64,000 bases of DNA from an uncultured Solirubrobacterales bacterium. Lineage in GTDB: Bacteria > Actinomycetota > Thermoleophilia > Solirubrobacterales > 70-9. Positions within the stretch are counted from its first letter, which is position 1; each line of letters opens with the position of its first letter. The notes beneath the pieces are model-generated. The model was not told the DNA's origin and searched no databases. It saw nothing but the letters and a program-made list of their open reading frames with translations. A program made the translations under genes and the position numbers. Positions 19,680-30,600 of the stretch are shown piece by piece. The stretch spans positions 32,278 to 96,277 of the forward strand of contig CAVUWL010000001.1 of assembly GCA_963745305.1 (NCBI GenBank), in the 5' to 3' direction.

Positions 19680-22600
19680 ATGACCTCCCGCCCTGCCCGC
19701 AGCCTCCTCGCAACGCTCGCTCTAGCCACCGGGTTGTTCCTCACCATCGCAGGTTCGGCGTCCGCCGAAACCTACACCAAGATCGCCGAAATCACCGGCC
19801 CCGAAGGCTCCAAACCCGCCCCCCCGCCCCCGAATTCCAAGCAGTGAACCCCGGGGAGGGCGTCGCCGTCGACCCCGCCAACGGCCACATCTTCATCGCC
19901 GACAGCAGCGCCGGCAAGGTCTACGACTTCTCCTCCCCCTCCGACACTTCCCCCACCGTCATCGACGGCTCCACCACCCCCTCTGGCCCCTTCCCCAGTG
20001 AACGAGACAATCTCTCCCTCGCCGTCGACAACACCACCGGCGACCTCTACGTCTTCGACGCCTCCCACGCCCTCCTCGACAAGTTCGACCGCAACGGCAA
20101 TCTCATCACCAGCTTCGGCGACGCCACCCCCACTCCCGACGGTCAGCTCACCGGCGCCGCCACCCCTGCCCACTCCTTCCGTCCTTATCAGGGAGCGTTT
20201 AATGGAGGTGAATCTGCGCCAATTGCCGTCGACCAGCAGACCGGCGAACTCTACGTCCTCGACCAGGGAGCCGAGGACGAAGCAGACCAGCCAGGGGAAG
20301 TCACCAAACACCAGGTCGTCGACGCCTTCGACCAAAACGGCGCCTACCTCCGCCAGCTCACCGCCTCTCCCCATGAACTGTACTCAATTGCGACCCACCT
20401 CACCTCGATCGCCGTCGATGCCGCCTCCGGCCACCTCTTCCTCTTCGACCCCTTCCACCAGCAAACGGCGGGGAAAGGAGGAGCCACTTATCCTCCCGAA
20501 CTGTACGACTTCGACGCCTTCAGCCTCGAATTTCTCGACACCTGGAACGGCGCCGAATCCCCTCTCGGCCCCTCCTCCCGCACCCCCCAAGGCAAGCTCG
20601 GCGTTACGGCCAATGTCGCCACGGATGATTCGGGCCATCTCTTCGTCGCCGTTGGCAGCAACAACGAAGGAGAAGAACCGTTCAGGGACCTCGACGTCTT
20701 CGACACCTCCGGCGCCTACCTCTTCCAGGTTCCGCTCCCGATTCCACCCACAAATACCTCTGAACGAAATTCCGCCGGTTTGGCCGTCGACGAAGCCACT
20801 GGCGACCTCTATGTCACCACACACAATGCGAACTCCGTCGAAGTCTACGCCCCCACCGTCCCCGGCCCCCGCATCGCCCCCCAACCCGCCTCGCCCCCCA
20901 CCCGCACCGCGGCCACCGTCCACGCCGCCGTCCAGCCCAATCCCGGCGAAGAAATCACCTTCTGCGCCTTCGAATACGGCACCACCCAGGCCTTCGGCCA
21001 AACCGAATCCTGCGCACCCTCACCTCCCTACACATCAGCCAAGGAAGTCGACGCCAATCTCACTGGCCTCTCCGCCGGCACCACCTACTTCTACCGCCTC
21101 TCCCTCACCAACTCCGCCGCCCACACCCGCACCGGCCCCATCCGCTCCCTCCAAACCCTCCCTGCCGTCACCGAACTCCAGACAACCGCCCCCGCCACCG
21201 CCATCACCCAGCAGTCGGCCACCCTCCACGGCTCCTTCACCGGCGAAGAAACGCTCGCCACCGAATACTTCTTCGAATACGGCACCTCCGCAAACTACGG
21301 TCAGAAGACCTCCACCGCCACCGTTCCCGCCCCCGCTTCCGCCACTCAGCCCGAGCACCGTCGAAGCCCCGAATCGAAGCAGAACTCGTCCCCGGCACCA
21401 CCTACCACTACCGCATCGTCGCCGAAAACAAATTCGGCACCACCGTCGGCCAAGACGAGACCTTCACCACCTACCCGGCCCCCCACCATCGAAGGCTTCT
21501 CCTCCTCCGACCTCACCGCCACCTCCGCCGACCTCCACGCCACGATCAACCCCCAGGGCTTCCCGACACCACCTGCCGCTTCGAATACGGCACCACCACC
21601 GCCTACGGCCAGACCGCCCCCTGCCCGAACCGCTCGAAGGCACCTCGGCTCCGCCAGCGCCAGCGTCGAAGTCCACATCCCGGCCTCCAGCGCGGCGTCA
21701 CCTACCACTTCCGCGTCCTCGCCGCACAACGCACTCGGCGGCACCGCCACCTCCGAAGACCAGAGCTTCGAATTCTTCCCCCCCGCCTGCCCCAACTCCG
21801 CCGTCCGCCAGCAGACCGGCTCCGCCTACCTCCCCGACTGCCGCGCCTACGAGCTCGTCTCCCCCGCCAACGCCAACGGCACCCTCCTCTTCCCCGGCGG
21901 CCCCAACACCGGCCAGGCCACCAGCCCCTCCCGCTTCTCCTTCGTCGGCGACTTCAGCGCCCTCCCCGGCGCCGAACACCATCGACACCGCCGGCGACCT
22001 CTACGTCGCCACCCGCACCGACACCGGCTGGGTCTCCCACTACATCGGCCTCCCCGGCAACCAGGCCGGCTGCATCGGCGGCCCGCCCAACCAACCCTGA
22101 GACTCCAGCCAGGCACGCGGCCCGACCAAGATCCAGAACACGCGTCCTCACCGACCCCTCGATGAGCCGCTTCCTCGACTTCGTCGACGGCGCCCCGATC
22201 GCCTGCTTCGGCGGCGGCAACGGCACCGGCGACGCCGGCGACGCCATCGCCTCCGCCTCCAACGCCCCCTACCTCTGGAGCGCCGAAGGCAGCCCCTCGC
22301 CCGCCTCCCCACCGACCTCGCCTCCACCCCCGGCGCCGCCGCCGCCCTCGACTGCCCCCTCGCCGACAACGTCCAGCTCGGTCCCGCCAGTGCTCCAGCG
22401 AAGTCACCGCCTCCGCCGACCTCACCCACCTCGTCTTCTCCTCCAACCGGCTCTCCTTCTCCGCCCGAAGGCGGCCTCACCGCCGCCCCCGGCTCCGCCT
22501 ACGACGACGACCTCGCCACCGGCGAAGTCACCCTCATCTCCAGGCTCCCGGCACGGCGGCAGACCATCCCCCAGGACCCCTCCTTCGCCACCGTGCCCGG

Positions 22601-24115
22601 CAACTACGCTGAAACCAAGTGCCCGGCGGCGCAGAAGAGTTCCTCCGCTTCCCCGCCGTCTCCACCGACGGCTCCCACATCCTCATCTCCACCGCCACCG
22701 CCGCGACCCCGCTCTATCGGCCGTGTACAGGAGACGGACTGCCATGCACCTCGCTTCACCGACACCCCCATCCACCTCTACATGCGCGTCGACGACGGCC
22801 GCGTCACCTACGAGATCGCCGAAAACCCGACCACCCACGAACCCGCCGCCGTCCACTACGTCGGCATGACCCCCGACGGCTCCAAGGTCTTCTTCACCTC
22901 CGAAGAACACCTCACCTCCGAAGACCCCGACACGTCGGCTCCTCCCTCTACATGTGGAGCGCCGAAAAGGCCGAAGCAGGAGAACACCCCCTCACCCTCA
23001 TCTCCAAGGGCCAAAGCGAAGCAACCCGGCGCACCCGGCAACACCGCCGCCTGCACTCCGGCTCGCCAGACCGATACAGCCGGAGATCCAGCCAGAGAAG
23101 TCCCCTGGACCACCAGCTGCGGCGTCGTCCCCTACTCCGGCTGCCCTACTCCCAGCAACGGCCGGCCTCGGCGGCAACGGCATCTCCGACACCGCCATCG
23201 CCGCCAAACGGCGACATCTACTTCTTCTCCCCCGAGCAGCTCGACGGCACCGCGGCGTCCCGGCCAGCAGAACCTCTACGACTACCGCGAAGGCCGGCCC
23301 CACTACGTCGCCACCTTCGCCCCCGGCAGCTACTGCGCCACGCTCGCCAGGATGCTCGACACGCAGGCGAACGTCTGCGCCGAACGGCCCGATCGTCCGC
23401 ATCAGGTCACCCCCGACGACACCCACATGGCCTTCCTCACCGCCGACCGCATCACCTCCTACGACAACACCGCCGGCTGCGAGACCTCGACTCCCGAGAT
23501 GTACTCCTACACCCCCGCCACCGGCGCCATCGTCTGCGATTCCTGCAACCCCGACGGCCAGCCCCCCACCGCCGACGTCTCGCCTCCCAGGACGGCCTCT
23601 TCATGACCGACGACGGCCGCACCTTCTTCTCCACCGCCGAATCCCTCGTCCCCGCACGACACCAACGAAGGCGAGCGACGTCTATGAGTTCGTCGACGGC
23701 CGCCCCCAGCTCATCACCCCCGGCACCGGCACCGCCACCGTCAGCCGGCCGAAGCCTCGTCGCCGTCGACGAGGTGCCCGGCCTCGTCGGCGTCTCCGCC
23801 AACGGCACCGACGTCTACTTCTCCACCTACGACACCCTCATCTCCGAAGACCACAACGGCAACTTCCTCAAGTTCTACGACGCCCGCACCAACGGCGGCT
23901 TCCCCCAGCCCCCGCCCGCCCAGCCCTGCGCCGCCGCCGAAGAGTGCCACGGCCCCGGCACCGAAGCCCCCGCCCTCCCCACCCAGGGCACCGCCGCCAC
24001 CCTCACCGGCGGCAACGCCACCCCCGGCTCCCACAAGCACCACAAGAAACACCACAAGCGCAAGAGCAAGCGCCACAACCACCGAGCCGCACGCCAACCG
24101 GAGGGCCGGAAGTGA
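19680..24115 (+). pseudogene. giant secreted beta-propeller protein 1 (unit 1), heavily frameshifted
   Basis: Signal peptide MTSRPARSLLATLALATGLFLTIAGSASA. NHL-like blades (GHIFIADSSAGKVYDF, GDLYVFDASH, GELYVLDQG, GDLYVTTHNANSVEVY). FN3-like modules (CAFEYGTTQAFG...TTYFYRLSLTN; YFFEYGTSANYG; TTYHYRIVAENKFG). ACPNSAVRQQTGSAYLPDCRAYELVSP. PD40-like blades (STDGSHILIST, TPDGSKVFFTSEEHL, SANGTDVYFSTYD). Tail AAEECHGPG...GGNATPGSHKHHKKHHKRKSKRHNHRAARQPEGRK. The coding path jumps between ORFs 19844.., 19998.., 22162.., 22593.., 22619.., 22954..; the first shift is in the C7 run 19819..19825. Confidence 0.8.
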
Positions 24116-24169
24116 ACTCCTTGCGACGTAACTCCGTTCGCACGACGCACTCTGAGCAGCGTCGCAACC

Positions 24170-24330
24170 GCGTCACCTCGTTGGCGCAAGCAGACTGAGC
24201 AGTCGCCGCTACACGCATAGCGACCCCGCGAGCCGTTGCGAGCAAGCAGTCGCGATCTGATTCCCGTGCGCCGCTCGCATGGCGAAGCATCGCGAGGGAG
24301 CCGTCGGCGGATTATGTGAAAGACCAGCGC
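24170..24330. repeat. dispersed intergenic repeat (unit 1)
   Basis: AAGCAGACTGAGCAGTCGCC resembles 35691..35712. 24233..24295 resembles 19471..19530. 24296..24330 (GTCGGCGGATTATGTGAAAGACCAGCGCTC) resembles 35826..35860. Confidence 0.65.
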
Positions 24331-24399
24331 TCCGCCAATCGCCGATCGCGATCTGATGACTCTCGGGGATTGGCGAGTGCCCCGCCGACCACGCCGCAG

Positions 24400-27329
24400 T
24401 CGCCACCCGCCGGCACTCACTCGCGCGGCCAGTCGTCCGCCGCTCTGCGTCCTGCGCCGTGCTGGGCACGCTCCTCCTCGCGTCGCCAGCAATGGCCAGC
24501 ACCTCCGATCCACTCCTTCTCCGCCCTACCCTCCACCACCCAGGCCGGCGGCCACCCCGACATCGACTTCGAGTTCGCCCTCTCCAGCTCACCAGTCGCA
24601 GTCCCCGACCCCTGCGCCTGCGACGACGCCACGAACGTCACCGTCCACCTCCCCGCCGGCTTCATCGGCAACCCCCACGCCACCCCCCAATGCGCCATCG
24701 CCGACTTCGCCGCCGACCACTGTCCCGTCGACTCCCAGCTCGGCATCGCCGAAGTCGGGATCGCTTCCGATGTCGCGGCAGGGCCCGGAATCTTCGCTCG
24801 CTCTTCGTCGCCCCCGTCTACAACCTCATCCCCCCTCCCGACCAGCCCGCCCTCCTCGGCTTCAAGAGCGGCCTCGTCGACACCCCCACCTTCGAGGTCA
24901 TCAGCGCCCGCACCAGACGCCGACTACGGCCTCGACGTCGACGGTCACCGACATCGACCACTTCTTCCCCCTCGTCCGCTTCGCCCAGCGTCACCTGGGG
25001 CGTTCCCGCCGCCCCGATCCACGACTACCTCCGCTTCGGCCTCGGCGAGCAGTCGATAGCACTCGGTTCCATTGGCGGCAGACAACCCGAATCGCTGCTC
25101 TGCGACGCCAACGGCAACCGAGCACCGACGATCCCGCCACGGCTACCAGCTCTGTGCGAATCCTCGGCCCCGCCGCCCTCGCCGGAGGCAGCGAAGGAAC
25201 TGGGGCGGCCCCGGCTTCCCGGTCTCCTCCAACAGCCCCGAAGACCCCCTTCCTCCAGAACCCCACCACCTGCGGCCTCGCCTCCCTCTCCACCTCCCTC
25301 GACGTCCTCTCCTACGACGGCGGCGAAACCCACGCCGACTCCACCTGGCCGCCCACCACCGACTGCGCCCAGCTCACCTTCAACCCCTCCCAGGCGATCG
25401 ACCCGACCACCGACCGCCGCCGACAGTCCCTCCGGCGCCGAATTCCGCCTCACCGTCCCCCAGTTCGAGAGCCCCGAAGTCCCCTCGCCCTCTGAGCTCA
25501 GCGCCGCCGACGTCACCCTCCCCGAGGCTTCTCCCTCGCCCCCAACGTCACCAACGGCAAGACCACCTGCTCTGAAGCCCAGTCGCGCTTCGGCACCACC
25601 GAAGAAGCCCAGTGCCCCGAAGACTCCAAGATCGGCACGATCTCCGTCGAAACCCCCGTCCTCCCCGGCGTCCTCCCCGGCGCCGTCTACCTCGGCGAAC
25701 CCAAGCCCGGCAACCGCTTCCGCATGATCCTCGCCTTCAACGGCTTCGGCGTCCACGTCAAGCTGCCCGGCACCGTCACCCCCGACCCGGTGACCGGCCA
25801 GATCCACATCGACTTCCAGAACCTCCCCCAGGCCCCCTTCGCCTACTTCAACCTCCACTTCTTCGGCTCCGAGCGCGGCCCCCTCGACACCCCCACCCAG
25901 TGCGGCACCTACGAAGTCTCCAACGAATGGACCCCCTGGGACTCCGCCCTCCCCGACCAGACCTCCCGCCAGTTCTTCAACGTCGACCGAAGGCCCGAAC
26001 GGCACCCCCTGCCCGAACGGCCCCCGCCCCTTCCACCCCGCCTTCCAGGCCGCCTCCGCCTCCAACACCGCCGCCGCCCACACCGCCTTCTCCCTCGACC
26101 TCACCCGCGAAGACGGCGAACAGAACCTCAGCTCCCTGAAGCGTCACCACCCCGCCCGGCTTCGCCGCCACCCTCAAGGGCGTCTCCTACTGCCCCGAGG
26201 CCGCGATCGCCGCCGCCGCCCTCGAAACCCACACCGGCCTCGCCGAGCAGGCCAGCCCCAGCTGCCCCGCCTCCAGCCTACGTCGGCGAACTCACCGCCG
26301 GCGCCGGCCCCGGCACCCACCCCCTCTACCTCCCCGGCAAGGTCTACCTCGCCGGCCCCTACCAGGGCGCCCCGCTCAGCTTCGTCTTCATCACCCCCGC
26401 CGTCTCCGGCGGCTATGACCTCGGCAACGTCGTCGTCCGCGAAGGCCTCGACGTCAACCCCGAAACCGCCCAGGTCACCGCCGTCGGCGCCCCGCTGCCC
26501 CAGATCTTCCAGGGCATCCCCCTCCGCCTCCGCCAGATCTTCGTCAACCTCAACCGCCCGAACTTCGCCCTCAACCCGACCAACTGCGACCCCCTCGAAG
26601 TCAAGGCCGAAGTCTTCGGCACCGAAGGCGCCGTCTCCACCTCCTCCGAGCACTTCCAGGTCGCCAACTGCGCCTCCCTCTCCTTCGCCCCCAAGCTCAC
26701 CACTCGAGCTCTCCGGCTCCACCAAGCGCACCGGCAACCCGGCCCTGCAGGCGACCGTCACCTACCCCAGGGCGGCCCCAACGCCAACATCGCCCGCACC
26801 TCGGTCACCCTGCCCCCCACCGAGCTCCTCGACAACGCCCACATCAACGACCCCTGCACCCGGGTCCAGTTCGCCGCCAATCGCACTGCCCGCCGGCTCG
26901 CTCCTCGGCTATCGCCAAGGCCGAAACCCCGCTGCTCGAAAAGCCCCTCGAAGGCCCGGTCTACCTGCGCGCCACCGGTCGGCAACAAAGCTCCCCGACC
27001 TCGTCGCCGCCCTCAACGGCCAGATCGACATCAACCTCGACGGCCGCGTCGACATCCGTCCACGGCACGGCTCCGCACCACCTTCGACACCGTCCCCGAC
27101 GCCCCCGTCTCCAAGCTTCACCCTCAACCTCGACGGCGGCAACAAGGGCCTCCTCGAAAACACGACCAACCTCTGCTCGGCCACCCGTGCACGTCAACGT
27201 CCAGATGACTGGCCAAAACGGCAAGACGGCCGACCAGAACCCGATCCTCCAAACCCCCTGCGGCAAGAAGCACCACAAGCGCGCCAAGCTCGATCGAGCT
27301 TGGCGCGCCACCGGGGAGGGGGTCGCTGA
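24400..27329 (+). pseudogene. QAGGHPD-motif secreted protein, type A (unit 1), heavily frameshifted
   Basis: LPSTTQAGGHPDIDFEF (CAG..GAC at 24541..24561). FIGNPHATPQCAIADFAADHCPVDSQLGIAEV. Later blocks are spread over ORFs 24316.., 24356.., 24459.., 25724.., 26415.. (VYLGEPKPGNRFRMILAFNGFGVHVKLPGTVTPDPVTGQIHIDFQNLPQAPFAYFNLHFFGSERGPLDTP; GIPLRLRQIFVNLNRPNFALNPTNC). Tail TPCGKKHHKRAKLDRAW. The homologous stop TGA 27327..27329 is out of frame after a G-run at 27313..27322. Confidence 0.75.
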
Positions 27330-27440
27330 TGGGCGCCAAGCTAAAGTTCGCCACTGCCCGTGCCAAGCTCCGGCGCAGCCGGGAGTGGGGGAGGGGTGTG
27401 TCTTCAGTCCCATCCACCGCAGCGGCCCAGTCGCCGATAG

Positions 27441-27545
27441 TAAGTCCAGAGATCGCCTCGCCCCGTACTAGCGCGAAGCGCGGAGCAGGACGCCAAGGGT
27501 TTCCTGAGCGGTGGCGCCATTCCCCAGTGGCAACGGACGTGCCCC
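27441..27545. repeat. dispersed repeat inside the 5' extension of the giant ORF
   Basis: TAGTAAGTCCAGAGATCGCCTCGCCCCGTACTAGCGCGAAGCGCGGAGCAGG... aligns by eye over about 100 nt with 35716..35820 (…CGCCCGTACTAGCGCGAAGCGCGGGTCAGG…). Confidence 0.7.
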
Positions 27546-27628
27546 GAGCCCAAGCGAGGGAGCGTCACCAATTGGTTCTTCGTGACCGAGCGAAGATCAC
27601 GCTCTGGGCGCGGAACAGGCGCCGGGCT

Positions 27629-30600
27629 ATGTCGGCCGCCAGCGTTGTGGCTGTCGTAGCGGGGACCCTCCTCCTCGCCACGCCAGCGCTTGCGCTGACC
27701 GTGACCACATCCCTCCCCACCCGCTCCGGAACCGCCGCCACCCTCAACGGCGTTGTCGATCCCCAGGGCGTCGAACTCAAATCGGGGGCCGCGGGCTGCC
27801 GCATCGAATGGGGCAAAACCGAAGCCTACGGCGAAGTAGCCCCTTGTAACTTTCTCACCGAAGTGAACGGAGCGGACTTCACTCCCAAAGGCATTGTCCC
27901 CACCGGCCTGGAATCCGGCGACGCTGTCGCTGAAATCACCGGCCTCGAACTGGGCCATACCTACCACTACCGCCTCGCGGCCGCCAACGCCACTGAAGCC
28001 AAGACGGGCGCCGACCAGTCCTTCATTGCTGGCTTTGGGCACGCCTTTTCGACTTCCTTCTCCGGTTCCGGCCCCACCACCCTCACCAACCCCACCGCCG
28101 TCGCCGTCGACGAATCCAGCGGCGACGTCTACGTCACCAACTCCCCTGTGAATGAGCTCCAGACCCTCACCGTCGGCGCCACCGCCACCGGCGACCTCAC
28201 CAAAGCCTCCACCGAAGTGACCGGCCTCCACCTATCGGCAGGTGAACTCGCCGAAGGCGCCAGCATCGAAGGCGAAGGCATCCCCCTCCACACCACGGTC
28301 CTCGCCGTCAACGAAACCGAACACAAGCTCACTCTCTCCAAGCCAGCCACCACCACCGCCACCACCGTCCCCCTCGCGGTTACGCCCAACGGCGGCACCT
28401 TCACCCTCACCTTCAAGGGCCAGACCACCAACCCTATCCACTTTCCCGCCTCGAGCGTCGTCGTGCAAAACGAACTTGAGGCACTCTCCACCCTCGGCCC
28501 GAAAAGCGTCAGCATCACCGAACCAGGCCAAAACTCGCGCGGCCCCTATGCGGTCGAATTTGTAGGCAAGCTTGCCGGTTCCTCACAGCCCTCGATCGCC
28601 GTCGACCCCTCCGCCCTCACCGCCGGCCCCCACACCGCCCAGGTTGCCGTCGCCCGCCCCGGCAGCTCCACCGCCGACGTCGAGAAGTTCTCCCCCACCG
28701 GCGAATTCCTCCTCATGATCGGCCGCGAAGTGAACCGCAAGGCGGTCGAAAGCCACGGCACCGAAGCCGAACAGGACGTCTGCGCCGCCGAACCTGGAGA
28801 AGCCGAACCTGGCGAAGACTGCCAGCCCGGCGCCCCCACCACCGCTCCCGGTGGTTTCACCGACCCCGCTCTTCTCGCCGTCGACAACTCCGCTCTCGAC
28901 CACTCCACCGGCGACCTCTACGTCGGCGATCGCCTCACCGGCGCTGGTAGCGGCGACATCCAGAAATTCGGCCCCGAAGGCCACCTCATCACTACCTGGG
29001 GCGACTCCGGCCTCCTCGACGGCTCCACCGACCCCGAAGGCGGCTTCGCAACCCCTGGCACAGATGAAGGCCTCAGCGGCCTCGCCGTCGACCCCTCTGG
29101 TCGCCTCTTTGCCACCGCCGAAAAACGCTATTCCGAGTTCGACCCCTCCGGCGCCTTCCTCGCCGGCACCCCCTTCCCCACCGGAATTGCGAGCCTCGCC
29201 GTCGACTCTTCCGGCCATCTCTATCTCAGCGAGACCAGGGAAGGGGGGGCACTCGGCAAGTGGTCCGCACAGGGCACCCGCATCGGCACTCTCGTCAACA
29301 ATTTCGCCGGCACCCCCACCAGCCTTGCCATCGACCCCGTCACTCGCGACCTCTTCGCCCTCTACGGCGACCGCGTCAAGCGCTTCGCCGGCTCCTGCGA
29401 CAACTTCCAGGCCCCCTGCACTCCCCTCGAAACCTTCGGTGAAGGCCAGCTCTCCGGCCCCGGGAACCTCGCCCTCGACGCCTCCTCCGGCGCCGTCTAC
29501 GTCGCCGACACCGGCAACCACCGCGTCGCCGCCTTCACCGCCGCCCCCTACCTCCCCCGCGCCGCCGCCGCCGCCGCCCCCAAGGCCTCCACCGCCGAGA
29601 CACTCACCGGCAACGCCGACCCCGCCGGCGCCCCTCCCATCGAAGCCTGCGCCTTCCAGTACGCTCCCGTCTCTGCCTTCAACGAAGTCCAGAACCTTAC
29701 CCTCCACGGCGCCACCGGCGGCACCTTCTCCCTCCTCACTTACTCCTCCGAAGACCGTAGATTCGAACAAGAGCACGAAGACACCACACTAGCACTCCCC
29801 TACAATGCTCCCGCCCAGCATGTCGCCGCTGCGAACGAATCCACCGCGAATATTGGCAAGGGCAATCTTTCCGTCACCGGCCCTCCCGGCGGTCCCTTCC
29901 GTATCGAATTCGTCGGTCGCTTCGCCCACCATCGCAACGCTCTGCTGGTCGTCAATTCCTCCTCCAACCTCACCCCACCCACAGCCACCACCGAAGTCCT
30001 CCGCCAGACCGAAGGCGACGCCGCCTGGGGCACCGCCCCCACTTCCGCATGCGAACCCCTCCCTTCACCTCAATTCTCCACCGCCACCCCCGTTACCGCC
30101 CAGGCGACCGGCCTTCAGCCCGGCACCGCCTACTTCTTCCGCCTCCTCGCCGAAGACAAAAACGGCCCCGCCCAGAGCTACGAAGAAAACGAATTCACCA
30201 CCCTCCCCCTCGCCCCCACCGTCGGTGCCACCTCGGCCTCTGCCGTCCACGCCGACACCGCCCAGATCGCCACCGAGATCGACCCCGGCGGCGGCGAAGC
30301 CGCCTACCACACGCACTACTATCTCGAATACGTCACCCAAAAACACTTCGAAGAAGAAGAATTCACCGGCGCCGCCCGCAGCCCCGAACTCGACGCCGGC
30401 GGCGCCCATACCCCCCAGAGCCTCACCGTCTCCCTCAGCGCTCTGGACCAGAACACTACCTACCACTACCGCGCCATCGCCTCCAACGAATGCGAACTCG
30501 AAAAGCAATGCCTGGTGCCGGGAGCCGCCCACACCTTCACCACCCTGCCCTCCCCTGAACAGATCCACGACACCTGCCCCAACGCCCACGTCCGCCAGCA

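Noticed and set aside
19998-22100. 700-aa Pro/Ser/Thr-rich ORF (and similar: 17136..17774, 28851..29792, 29805..30689, 32472..33311, 47597..49249)
   Set aside because: These are alternative-frame translations of the giant genes. They are low-complexity P/S/T/A products with no independent signal, apart from short stretches where a frameshifted gene really passes through that frame.
23975-23989. LPTQG (also 51538..51552) as a possible sortase LPXTG signal
   Set aside because: Thr is not at position 4. No hydrophobic membrane span follows (only a Gly/Thr/Ala-rich spacer and then the basic tail). The motif is absent from the giant-2 paralogs, and no sortase gene is in the window.
19680-27329. 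Programmed ribosomal frameshifting as an explanation of the frame changes
   Set aside because: There are too many shifts per gene, in both directions, with no recurrent slippery heptamer plus downstream structure, and homologous intact paralogs need none.
28583-29776. Long antisense ORFs rich in Gly/Ala/Glu/Val (also 17129..18271, 25025..26104, 31994..33274, 47236..48504)
   Set aside because: They are opposite strongly supported forward genes. Their composition is typical of reverse-strand shadows of GC3-rich coding DNA.
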